Part shown: positions 1-8,737 of the stretch, piece after piece
Layout of the letters: each line of letters begins with the position of its first letter
Position numbering within the stretch: the stretch's first letter is position 1
NCBI GenBank assembly: GCA_945865625.1
Contig: CAMBFD010000004.1
Span: forward strand, 1,171-65,170
DNA from: Chitinophaga pinensis
GTDB taxonomy: Bacteria; Bacteroidota; Bacteroidia; NS11-12g; UBA955
Reading direction: 5' to 3'
Length of the DNA stretch: 64,000 nt
The notes under the pieces: generated by a model
What the model was told of the DNA's origin: nothing
What the model saw: the letters and a program-made list of their open reading frames with translations, nothing else
Databases searched by the model: none
Translations under genes and position numbers: made by a program

Positions 1-288
1 GGAGGCATCGAGGGTCACATGTCCCTCACGATCAGGATTTGCGCCCAATCCCACGCAGCAATTCATTGGGTCGTTTTCGGAAACTTGTACACCGGCTTCA
101 ACGGCGTCAATTGCAAGTCCTTGTTTTTGAATGATGTTCCACGCGGCCACATTGGCGGTCACAGATTGGTTATACCAAGTGCTAATGACCAAAGGTTTTG
201 CTTTTTTTAATTTTGAGGGACGCTTGCTGGTAAATGCCAGTAAGGTGCTGCCAATTCCTAGAAGTTTCAACAAATCGCGACGGTTCAT
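1..288 (-). CDS. Glycosylasparaginase (N4-(beta-N-acetylglucosaminyl)-L-asparaginase), N-terminal 96 codons only; the gene runs off the window start
   Basis: Own translation of the minus strand from ATG at 288-286. It gives MNRRDLLKLLGIGSTLLAF (Tat/Sec-like signal), then KPLVISTWYNQSVTANVAAWNII..AIDAVEAGVQVSENDP..GANPDREGHVTLDAS. This fits the conserved N-terminus of Ntn-hydrolase glycosylasparaginases. It is missing from the ORF track because it is open at the window edge. Confidence 0.7.
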   Translation of the reverse strand, partial: MNRRDLLKLLGIGSTLLAFTSKRPSKLKKAKPLVISTWYNQSVTANVAAWNIIQKQGLAIDAVEAGVQVSENDPMNCCVGLGANPDREGHVTLDAS

Positions 289-525
289 TTGGCGAAGATA
301 ATGAGATTTTGGTGAAGCAATAGTCATAAGATTATAAAGCCATTTCGGAAAATTCAGCAACTCAATGATCAAGTTGCTATGTCGTTTCAATTTATACTAC
401 CTCGATTGAAGGTTGAATTTTACAATACAAATTTTGTAATATTATCTGAGTTTGATACTTTAACGGAAAATGTTACCGTGGTGTTTCCAAAATAATTTAT
501 TTTGGCATTCAAATATGTTAAGGAT

Positions 526-927
526 TTAAATGCGAGGGTCTAAATAAATCATTTTCATAATTCTATCTTCTAAATCAACCAGTGAGAACTGTTTCTCTTC
601 CATTTCACCAATTGTGATTCTGGGTATATTTAACTGATCAAATTCGAATATCTCTTCATTTACCCGATTGCCTAAGCTGTCAAATTCTATCAATCTGTAT
701 TTTACTCCTGATTGGTGAATTTTAAATCTAAGACTATCAAAGGTGCTTTTCTCGTGAATTAATAAATTTGGGAATGATGTTTTATATGATGATTCTTTCG
801 AAATAAAGATACTATCGAAGTTCATTCCAGAAAATTGGCTATAACCATTCTCTGAAAATAAGATTGTTAACAATAAAATGATGTATTTGACCATAAAGTA
901 TTTATTGACAAAATACGAATTTTTCAT
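526..927 (-). CDS. Hypothetical secreted protein
   Basis: ORF track, 133 aa. N-terminal hydrophobic signal-like segment (YIILLLTILFSENGYSQ). No family recognised. Confidence 0.4.
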   Translation of the reverse strand: MKNSYFVNKYFMVKYIILLLTILFSENGYSQFSGMNFDSIFISKESSYKTSFPNLLIHEKSTFDSLRFKIHQSGVKYRLIEFDSLGNRVNEEIFEFDQLNIPRITIGEMEEKQFSLVDLEDRIMKMIYLDPRI

Positions 928-1093
928 GAGAAAACCTATGAAATAGGTGTAAAAAATATTATTATTAAATTATTGGTATTGTAATTTCAGAACCATCACA
1001 TTACATTTGTATTGATTGAATGATTATTTATATCAATAAATAGAGTCATCGGCATATTTCCGGTGGCGTTATTTATCTATCAAATATATATAT

Positions 1094-1124
1094 GAAGCCG
1101 CACTTTGGTGCGGCTTCTTTTTTC
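1094..1124 (+). terminator. Rho-independent terminator-like hairpin
   Basis: GAAGCCGCAC-TTTG-GTGCGGCTTC forms a perfect 10-bp stem followed by TTTTTTC on the + strand. It lies about 80 bp beyond the ppx stop, and ppx is on the minus strand. It may therefore work in both directions or end an unannotated + strand transcript. Confidence 0.5.
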
Positions 1125-1205
1125 TTAGAACTGCATGACAAATCGGGTAGATCCCTCTTTATGCAATTCATAAAATTGTTTCGGCATTGTTTTAAAGATA
1201 TTTTG

Positions 1206-2090
1206 TTAAGCGTTTATGATTTCTGAGTAGAGCATTTTAATGAGTCCATCTGCCAGTCCAATTTTTGGTACAAAGATCTCTTGTGCGTTTGTCCATCGCA
1301 TAATAGAACTGTAAATTTCTAATGCAGGAACTAAAACTGCAGCTCTATCTTCTTTGATTTGAAATTGATGGATGCGTTCTTCAATTGAAAGAACGGATAA
1401 AGCATCGAGCAATTCTATTATGTATTTGTATTTTAAGGGTTTGTCGTTTTTAGTGTTCGACATAGAAAAGACTTTGTTAATGTTACCACCGCTGCCAATT
1501 AAATTGATTGGATAATATTCAGAACAAGCGGTTTTTACAAATTCTTTGAGTGAATCCCAAACAGAATCTTCAATCCTTCCGTTTAGCATTCGAATTGTAC
1601 CAACATTAAATGACTCTTTGAAAACAATTTTTTTGTTTGCAAACAATGTGAGTTCTGTACTGCCGCCACCTACATCTATATACAAAGAAGCATTGGTGTG
1701 TTGGAATTTTTCGGCAATGTGTGTTTCGTATAGAATTGATGCTTCTTCTTGACCACTAATGATTTGAATTTGAATGCCTGTGAGGTTTACAATTTCATTT
1801 ACAATTTCATTGGAGTTTCTTGCATCGCGCATCGCTGATGTTGCACATGCTTTATAATGAACAACTTTGTAAATATCCATGATCGTTTTAAAAGCTTTCA
1901 TGGTTTCAATAAAGTTGTGTTTTTTATCTTCTCCAATAAACCCATTTTGGAATACATCGTATCCCAATTGAATGGGAATTCGAATCAAGTTTAATTTGGT
2001 AAAATCTATTTCCAGCGAGCTATACTGAACGACTTCAACAATGAGTAATCTGGCAGCGTTGGAACCTATATCAATAGCAGCTAATTTCAA
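1206..2090 (-). CDS. ppx: Ppx/GppA family exopolyphosphatase
   Basis: 294 aa. N-terminal MKLAAIDIGSNAARLLI and the internal DVGGGSTEL phosphate-binding motif of the ASKHA/Ppx-GppA fold. The start overlaps the ppk1 stop by 4 bp. Confidence 0.8.
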   Translation of the reverse strand: MKLAAIDIGSNAARLLIVEVVQYSSLEIDFTKLNLIRIPIQLGYDVFQNGFIGEDKKHNFIETMKAFKTIMDIYKVVHYKACATSAMRDARNSNEIVNEIVNLTGIQIQIISGQEEASILYETHIAEKFQHTNASLYIDVGGGSTELTLFANKKIVFKESFNVGTIRMLNGRIEDSVWDSLKEFVKTACSEYYPINLIGSGGNINKVFSMSNTKNDKPLKYKYIIELLDALSVLSIEERIHQFQIKEDRAAVLVPALEIYSSIMRWTNAQEIFVPKIGLADGLIKMLYSEIINA

Positions 2091-4159
2091 TCTCTGTAAA
2101 TTTTGCTTCTAAGGTAATGATAAATTTCGATTTGAGATCGCATAACCGGTGTGTCTTCGGCTTTTTCAACGTATAAATTTAGTTGTTCATTGTCTAAAAT
2201 TCTTCCTTTTACATTTTCTTGAGATTGAAGTGAAAAAATTGTCATTAACTCTTCTTTTATTGAGGGATCATTGATTGGACAAGCCACTTCAACTCTGTGG
2301 TCTAGATTTCTCACCATCCAATCAGCCGACGAAATATATACAATGGGCTCGTTGTTGTTATTGAAAATTAAAATTCTTGCGTGTTCTAAATATTCGTCTA
2401 CAATACTAATTGCTTTCATTGGTTTTTTGAATGCTTTTTGTTCTGTAAGCGCACAACAAATACCCCTGATAATCAATTCAATGTTTACACCGGCTTTAGC
2501 TGCTAAATAAAGTTGCGAAATGAGTGCTTCATCAACCAAGCTATTTAATTTTAATTGAATTTTGGCATCATGCTTTTTCTTGGATAATTTAATTTCCTTG
2601 ATTATTAAATTCAAGAAAAATTTTCTCATATTCTGCGGAGAAGTCACAAGTGTTTTGCAATTTTTAAGGAGTTCAATTCGAGGAAATGGCTTGTCTAAAC
2701 AATCGAAAATTCTGTTGATATCAGATAAAATTGCTCTATTTGTTGTTAATAACAAATGATCTCCATAGACTTGGGCTGTACTTTCATTGAAATTACCCGT
2801 TGAAATGAATCCGTATTGTATGGTTTTATTGAATTCGCGTTTTTTAATGACACAAATTTTTGCATGAACCTTCATATCGGGAACTCCCAGGAAAACTTTA
2901 ATTCCTTCATCTTCAAGAACTGATTTCCAATGTAAATTAGCTTCTTCATCGAATCGAGCCCTCAGTTCTATAATTACGGTAACACTTTTGCCATTTCTAA
3001 CGGCATTTAACAATGCGTTTATGACCTTTGATTGACGTGCTAATCTATAAACGGTAATTTTGATGCTTTGCACGAAGGGATCTATCGCTGCTTCCCTCAA
3101 TAAATCAATGACTGAATCAAACGAATGATAAGGGAAATGCAGCATAATGTCCTTCTTTTCAATGATTTCCATAATTCTACATGGTTGAACCAATGAAGGA
3201 TGTACAAATGATTTTGGCCTATTGACAATATTTGAAAATACAGCTTTAGGAAAATCGATAAAATCTTTAAAGTTGTGAATACGACCACCGGCAATGAGAT
3301 TGTCTTTTTTCAATAAGCTTAAGCGCTTAGTTAAATAATCTAATAGCTGTAGGTCAATTTGACGGTCATATACAAATCTTGTTGCCTTCCCTTTATTTCT
3401 GTTTTTAAGTCCCTTCTCTAAATCTGCAATTACATTGTTGTTTAAGTCATTGTCGAGTTCCAACTCTGCATCTCGTGTTAACTTAACGATATGGCTACTA
3501 AAACGGTTAAACCCGAATGGGGCAAATAAGAATTTTAAATTGTATCGGATAATGTCCTCCAATAAAATAAGATTGATTTCTCCTTTTGCAGCGGGTATAG
3601 GAACAAAACGAGGGATTTCTTTTTCTGGAATTTGAATCAGGGCATAACGCTGAAGCATCGGGTTTTGCGAATTTCCGAGCACGCAGGCCAAATAAATAGA
3701 ACGGTCCCTCAAGAAAGGCGCCTGTGGCATACTTTCTATCATCAGGGGAACAATTTGGGTTCTTACTTTGTCTTCAAAATATCCTTGTACAAAAGCTTTT
3801 TGGGCCTTATTTAATTGTTTTTCATTTTTGAAGTAAATATTGTGATTTAATTGAAGTTGTTTAATGATTTCAGCAAATGTTTCATCGAATGTTATTTGTT
3901 GATTGAGAACAAGTTCTTGAATTTGTTTCAGTATTTTTTCTGGATGATCTTCGACATGTATTTTCTGCGTATTGTCGAGTTTTAACATTTTATTTAATGT
4001 ACCAACCCTAACTCTAAAAAATTCATCTAGGTTGTTTGAAAATATTCCTAAAAAACGGAGTCTATTATACAAATGAACCGATGAATCTTTGGCTTCTTGA
4101 AGTACCCTATTGTTAAACGACAACCAGCTAATGTCGCGTATTATTTTTTTTGATTTCAA
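2087..4159 (-). CDS. ppk1: Polyphosphate kinase 1
   Basis: 690 aa. N-terminal RDISWLSFNNRVLQEA..NLDEFFRVRV. Two PLD-like C-terminal domains (KVHAKICVI.. and DHRVEVACPI). Typical length and typical operon with ppx. Confidence 0.95.
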   Translation of the reverse strand: MKSKKIIRDISWLSFNNRVLQEAKDSSVHLYNRLRFLGIFSNNLDEFFRVRVGTLNKMLKLDNTQKIHVEDHPEKILKQIQELVLNQQITFDETFAEIIKQLQLNHNIYFKNEKQLNKAQKAFVQGYFEDKVRTQIVPLMIESMPQAPFLRDRSIYLACVLGNSQNPMLQRYALIQIPEKEIPRFVPIPAAKGEINLILLEDIIRYNLKFLFAPFGFNRFSSHIVKLTRDAELELDNDLNNNVIADLEKGLKNRNKGKATRFVYDRQIDLQLLDYLTKRLSLLKKDNLIAGGRIHNFKDFIDFPKAVFSNIVNRPKSFVHPSLVQPCRIMEIIEKKDIMLHFPYHSFDSVIDLLREAAIDPFVQSIKITVYRLARQSKVINALLNAVRNGKSVTVIIELRARFDEEANLHWKSVLEDEGIKVFLGVPDMKVHAKICVIKKREFNKTIQYGFISTGNFNESTAQVYGDHLLLTTNRAILSDINRIFDCLDKPFPRIELLKNCKTLVTSPQNMRKFFLNLIIKEIKLSKKKHDAKIQLKLNSLVDEALISQLYLAAKAGVNIELIIRGICCALTEQKAFKKPMKAISIVDEYLEHARILIFNNNNEPIVYISSADWMVRNLDHRVEVACPINDPSIKEELMTIFSLQSQENVKGRILDNEQLNLYVEKAEDTPVMRSQIEIYHYLRSKIYRD

Positions 4160-4307
4160 ACGAATAAAATTAAGTTACAAACTTAAATTTCACGGAAGCC
4201 TCTAAACATTGTTTAATTGTTACATTAATGTTAAGGATTGGTAGCTGCAAGTGGCTAGATTTGAACCTACATCGCAAAAATGAATGGCTTGGTTTACAGC
4301 TTAAGGT

Positions 4308-5177
4308 TTATTTGAGTTTTTTGCTAAATAACCAAGGAAGTAATTCTGGTTCTTTAAATGCAGCATCCCAGCTGTTATGATTGGCATTTGGAAATAAAGT
4401 AATTTTAGTATCGATTCCAGCATTTTCCAATTGATTTGCAATTTCAATGCTACATTCTGGTGGCACAATATTGTCTTTTAATCCATGGAAAAACCACCAA
4501 TGTGATTTTTTCAAAGGTTTGAAATTTGTAATTTTACTTCCACCACAAATGGGAAATGCGGCAGCAAAAGTGTTTGGCATTCTGCGCATCAGTTCAATGG
4601 TTCCCATTCCTCCCATCGAAAGTCCCCCAAGATAAATACGGCTTGGATCGATGTAGGATTGTTTTTTCAGATGTTCCACAAATGCCATTAAAAGTTTCAT
4701 GGCTTTGGTGGATGCAGTGTCGTCGTGAAAGGTAAATTGGGGTTTCCCTGAAGAATCTTGTGTTCGGTTTACATTGCTCCAATATCTGTTTTTATTGCAT
4801 TGAGGGAAGACGGCGTGGCAAGCAAATCCAGAGTAGGCGGCTCTCCAAATCCACTCGCTGCCATGAGATAGTTGGCTTTCATTGTCGTTGCCTTTTTCGC
4901 CTGATCCATGCAAGAAAATAACAATTGGCAAAGGTTTTTCCCAAAGGCTCGAATAATTGAATTCTCTGTAGGGTAATGTGTCGTTATTGTAAATGAAATT
5001 ACGTTTTTTAAATTCTCGGGAGGCATCAAATTTTGCGGTGTCGCCATAGTAAATTGTTTTTGCAGAACCTGTAGATATTTCTTTGGACGACTTAAATAAG
5101 TTGCATCCCAAAAGCACAATTGGCAAAAAAAGCAAAATTGTTAAAGAAAAAGGCTGATTTTCAGATTTCAATTGCAT
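4308..5177 (-). CDS. Alpha/beta hydrolase, secreted esterase/peptidase-like (COG4099-type)
   Basis: 289 aa. Lipoprotein-type signal (LLGC). HGSGEKG oxyanion region, nucleophile elbow GLSMGGMGT, and a late HGLKDNIVP..H catalytic region. Confidence 0.7.
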   Translation of the reverse strand: MQLKSENQPFSLTILLFLPIVLLGCNLFKSSKEISTGSAKTIYYGDTAKFDASREFKKRNFIYNNDTLPYREFNYSSLWEKPLPIVIFLHGSGEKGNDNESQLSHGSEWIWRAAYSGFACHAVFPQCNKNRYWSNVNRTQDSSGKPQFTFHDDTASTKAMKLLMAFVEHLKKQSYIDPSRIYLGGLSMGGMGTIELMRRMPNTFAAAFPICGGSKITNFKPLKKSHWWFFHGLKDNIVPPECSIEIANQLENAGIDTKITLFPNANHNSWDAAFKEPELLPWLFSKKLK

Positions 5178-5286
5178 GGTTTAAATATTCTTTAATTACA
5201 AAGGGCAGAATGAAGCATTCTACCCTTTGTCGGAAAAACTAAACTAAACTATTCTAAATTAATAACTTTGAAATTTCATTTTTATT

Positions 5287-5571
5287 TTATGAGTGAATAA
5301 AACTTTCTGATTCTTCAATGCTACTTGAATATTGAAATGCAGAATTCACTTGGAAGTAATTATGTGGGTCGATGCAGAACCCATAAGAGAATTTTGCAAA
5401 TTCAAGTCGGTTGCTTTCATAAGAGAATTCCAACATTGATGCGCACTTGTAAGGGTGCTCTTCGATAAACGATAATTGAGTTATGGTGGATGTCACGGTT
5501 GTTTCCAACTCTATGATGGAGGTGTTGTGCGTTTGCTTCATCGCAAGTCCGAGTAATAGAATGTTTTTCAC
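5287..5571 (-). CDS. Hypothetical protein
   Basis: 94-aa ORF in an otherwise empty interval. No recognisable motif. Confidence 0.3.
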   Translation of the reverse strand: MKNILLLGLAMKQTHNTSIIELETTVTSTITQLSFIEEHPYKCASMLEFSYESNRLEFAKFSYGFCIDPHNYFQVNSAFQYSSSIEESESFIHS

Positions 5572-5694
5572 AAGGTGTTTTCCTTATCTATTGAGATTGA
5601 TTTAAAGAGGTTCCAAAGTCTTGTTTATTGGGATGATAAAATTTTAAATATTACGCAAACATTAACTTAACTTAAAGTGAATTTAACATTGTGT

Positions 5695-5702
5695 TAATTT
5701 TG
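5695..5702 (+). promoter_or_regulatory. Candidate Bacteroidota -7 promoter box (TAnnTTTG)
   Basis: TAATTTTG lies 19 bp upstream of the ATG at 5721 that opens a proper signal peptide. This matches the TAnnTTTG -7 consensus of sigma-A promoters in this phylum. Confidence 0.35.
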
Positions 5703-5720
5703 AAACATGATTTTTGCAGT

Positions 5721-8549
5721 ATGTTTAGATACAAATATGCATTTATTGCAATTGTTTTCACGTTTTTTGGCATAGATCAAGTTTTTGCTCAGAGTGGTTA
5801 TGGATATTTAATTGGTAAAGTATCTAATGAGAATGGTTTTCCTATTGTAGATGCGAAAATAAGTTTTTCCAATTCAACTGAAACACTTAGATCAGATGTA
5901 GATGGGAAGTTTGATAAAAAAATAGCCATTGGTAAAATTATTATTTCTGTGGAATATTCAGATTTTGAGACTCAAATTGATTCAGTTTTAATTGAAGAAG
6001 ATAAAACAAGTTACACTTCATTTGTAATGACAAAGATGGAATCAATTGGAGCAGTGGATGTTAAGTCTAAGAAAAAAGTTATTTCAGGATCTATCAGTGA
6101 CGCTATAAAAACGAAGAAATTTTCGATGCAAGTTGTTGAATCTATTGGCGCTGAAGAATTTAGTAAAACAACAATTCGTACAGTTGCAGATGTATTTAAA
6201 CGAATGACGGGGTTGACAATTTCTGAAGGGAAATTTGCCAATGTTCGCGGAATGTTTGACCGCTACAATGCTGGATATTTAAATGGAGCTCCACTTCCAA
6301 GCACCGAAAGTGATAGAAAAGCGTTTTCGTTTGATATTATTCCGGCTGGGTTGTTAGATAATGTAACAATTTTTAAGAGTGGTTCTCCTGATTTGATTGG
6401 TGATTTTGGTGGTGGTATCATTAAAATAAATACCAAGAGTATTCCAGAGAAATTAACACAAAATTTTTCTATTGGATTTCAATACAATTCAATCACAACA
6501 GGCAATCCAATTCGAACCTTTGAAGTTGGCAATTCAGAATACTTTGGAATGCTTTCGGCGGTTAATAAAATCCCAACCTTGGATCCAAGAATGAAAATAG
6601 ACTATGATAATCCAGTTGTGAATGCTGCAGAAACTAAAAAATTCCAGAATGATTGGAAAATGGCACCTTACAGTGCTTTGCCATCGCCAAGAATCAGTTA
6701 TACTATAGGTGTTCCATTTAAATTGGGTAAAATGTCGGCAGGCGCAATGTTGAGTTGGAATTATTCTATGACCCAGAAGTTTTCTCTTGGTATTGTTGAT
6801 TCTAGAGATTTTTCTGACAATCGTTTGATTAGAAGCTTTGAGGATAGTTCATTCTCTACCAATGTTCAGAATGGAGGTATCGCTAACTTCTCTTTAAAAA
6901 TCAATAATAAAAACAAAATTGATTTCAAAAATTTGTTGAGTTTAACTTACGATGCGTCAAGTATTATAAGAGGTGGTATATCGAGTTACGATGATCAAAT
7001 GTCGACAAACGGATATTCGAACTTTGTAAATCTCAATCAACTGTACAGTTCTCAGTTAATAGGGTCGCATTCTATTGGTAAAAATCAATCTTCAATCAAT
7101 TGGGTTTTGAATTATGGTTATACAAACAGAGAAGTTCCTGATTTTAGAATTGCGCAGTATTCTTTCACAACAGACGATATTACCACCCGTCAGTTAAATG
7201 TGAATCCATTTTTTAGAGATGCTTCGGGAAGATTTTTTTCAAACTTAGTTGAAACCTCATATTCTGGATCTTTAGATTATAATACAAAAATCAACACGGG
7301 TAAAGTTGGAACAATGTTAAAGTTGGGAGTATATTCTCAACATAGAGATAGGGTTTTTGATAGCCGTCAATTTGTATATGGCCCGTTAACCTCGATCATA
7401 TATTCTGGAAAAACACCTGAAACCGACTTGAATATAAATAAGATTTCGGAAAAAGGATTGTATTTAATTGAAAAAACGAGAGACAAGGATGATTATACTG
7501 CATACAGCGAATTACAGGCAGCATATATAATGTTTGAAAATCAATTGCCATTATTCAAGAAAGATGGTAAGTCATATGACTTAAAGTTTACATGGGGTAT
7601 GAGATTTGAGCAATTTAAACAGCAATTAAAGAATAAAGCTTTTTCAATTATGGGTAAAACATTAGCTAATCCTCCTTTAAATCAAGATTTCTTACCTTCA
7701 ATTAATATAAATGCGCCTATTTCTAAAAAGAGCAGTATTCGCGCGGCATACTATAAAACTTTAAACAGGCCTGAGTTAAGAGAATTAGCACCATTTGCTT
7801 TCTATAATTTTAGCATCAACTCTGAAATTTTAGGATATCAAGATTTAAATCGTGCAGTTATTGATAATTTTGATATGCGTTGGGAAGTATATTCAAATAA
7901 AGAAGATATGTTCTCAATCGGTGTTTTTGCTAAAAACATTCAAAATCCAATTGAATTCTCGTTGGATCCAACACAGCCTCAAATTAGAACTTTTACATAT
8001 CAAAACCAGAATGTTGCAATTAACAGAGGTTTAGAAATGGAAGTTCGTAAGAATTTTGGAAGTTTTATTAAGTATTTAGGTTGGAATGGGCTCAAAAATT
8101 TTACGTTCTACGCTAATTTAGCATTGATTGAAAGTAAGGTTACTTTTGATGGTGGACAATCGCGTACATTGCAAGGTCAAAGTCCCTATGTTGTCAATAT
8201 GAGTATGTTCTATGAAAACAAAAAAGGATGGCAGGTAAATGCAAGCTTTAACAAAATAGGCCAAAGAATTGCTTACATTGGCTTGCCTGTTTCTGTTGCA
8301 AAGTTCGGTTTAGATATTTACGAGTACGGTAGAAGTATTTTTGATGTTCAAGTTGCCAAGAAAATTGGCAAAAATGGTTTGGTTAGAATTACTTTCGGAG
8401 ATTTATTGGCTCAGAAAAGTGTATTTTATCAAGACATGAATCAGAATGGCAATTATGATGAAGCAAATGTGATAGATGGTGGTGATAATACTTTAATCAG
8501 TTTTACAAACGGAAGAACCATCAATTTTGGTTATTCTATTAATTTTTAA
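5721..8549 (+). CDS. TonB-dependent receptor with N-terminal carboxypeptidase-regulatory-like domain
   Basis: I place the start at MFRYKYAFIAIVFTFFGIDQVFAQ, which is a signal peptide; the track start at 5691 is a GTG inside the promoter box. CarbopepD_reg-like GKVSNENGFPIVDAKI, a plug region (SIGAEEFSK..VADVFKRMTGL..VRGM) and a terminal aromatic residue (..GYSINF). Confidence 0.85.
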   Translation: MFRYKYAFIAIVFTFFGIDQVFAQSGYGYLIGKVSNENGFPIVDAKISFSNSTETLRSDVDGKFDKKIAIGKIIISVEYSDFETQIDSVLIEEDKTSYTSFVMTKMESIGAVDVKSKKKVISGSISDAIKTKKFSMQVVESIGAEEFSKTTIRTVADVFKRMTGLTISEGKFANVRGMFDRYNAGYLNGAPLPSTESDRKAFSFDIIPAGLLDNVTIFKSGSPDLIGDFGGGIIKINTKSIPEKLTQNFSIGFQYNSITTGNPIRTFEVGNSEYFGMLSAVNKIPTLDPRMKIDYDNPVVNAAETKKFQNDWKMAPYSALPSPRISYTIGVPFKLGKMSAGAMLSWNYSMTQKFSLGIVDSRDFSDNRLIRSFEDSSFSTNVQNGGIANFSLKINNKNKIDFKNLLSLTYDASSIIRGGISSYDDQMSTNGYSNFVNLNQLYSSQLIGSHSIGKNQSSINWVLNYGYTNREVPDFRIAQYSFTTDDITTRQLNVNPFFRDASGRFFSNLVETSYSGSLDYNTKINTGKVGTMLKLGVYSQHRDRVFDSRQFVYGPLTSIIYSGKTPETDLNINKISEKGLYLIEKTRDKDDYTAYSELQAAYIMFENQLPLFKKDGKSYDLKFTWGMRFEQFKQQLKNKAFSIMGKTLANPPLNQDFLPSININAPISKKSSIRAAYYKTLNRPELRELAPFAFYNFSINSEILGYQDLNRAVIDNFDMRWEVYSNKEDMFSIGVFAKNIQNPIEFSLDPTQPQIRTFTYQNQNVAINRGLEMEVRKNFGSFIKYLGWNGLKNFTFYANLALIESKVTFDGGQSRTLQGQSPYVVNMSMFYENKKGWQVNASFNKIGQRIAYIGLPVSVAKFGLDIYEYGRSIFDVQVAKKIGKNGLVRITFGDLLAQKSVFYQDMNQNGNYDEANVIDGGDNTLISFTNGRTINFGYSINF

Positions 8550-8585
8550 TTAAACATATTTTTCCTTTCTTATTGGATATACATT

Positions 8586-8621
8586 GCCCTTGGAGAATTT
8601 CTTCAAGGGCTTTTTATTTTT
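8586..8621 (+). terminator. Rho-independent terminator after the TonB-dependent receptor
   Basis: GCCCTTGGAG-AATTT-CTTCAAGGGC stem (10 bp including one G-T) followed by TTTTTATTTTTT. Confidence 0.6.
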
Positions 8622-8737
8622 TACAGTGCCTCCAATGTTATGTATTTGTTACCTGAAAGATTGAAAGGGTAACAAAAAGTTTATAGGAATTTTAATTTGG
8701 GGTAATTGTGTTGGATGAATTTTGTATCAAACAAACT

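Noticed and set aside
19-210. 63-aa + strand ORF at the window start.
   Set aside because: It is antisense to the well-supported glycosylasparaginase N-terminus on the minus strand and has no features of its own.
4236-4290. A tRNA-like T-arm on the minus strand (GGTTCAAATC) between ppk1 and the hydrolase gene. I considered a tRNA or an old att remnant.
   Set aside because: The flanking bases do not form a T-stem (GTAGG versus CTAGC). No acceptor, D or anticodon arms can be folded upstream.
4447-5119. Several 60-116 aa ORFs overlapping the hydrolase gene. There are many similar short ORFs nested in or antisense to long genes, e.g. 1546-1752, 2271-3814, 6011-6241, 8990-10479, 12530-12865, 15025-15631, 16070-16572, 17260-17511, 18308-20798, 24294-24797, 31330-32254, 45603-46919, 48599-48965 and 57683-58737.
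   Set aside because: Each lies inside a longer ORF with clear family motifs on the same or opposite strand. They are typical spurious frames in AT-rich DNA.
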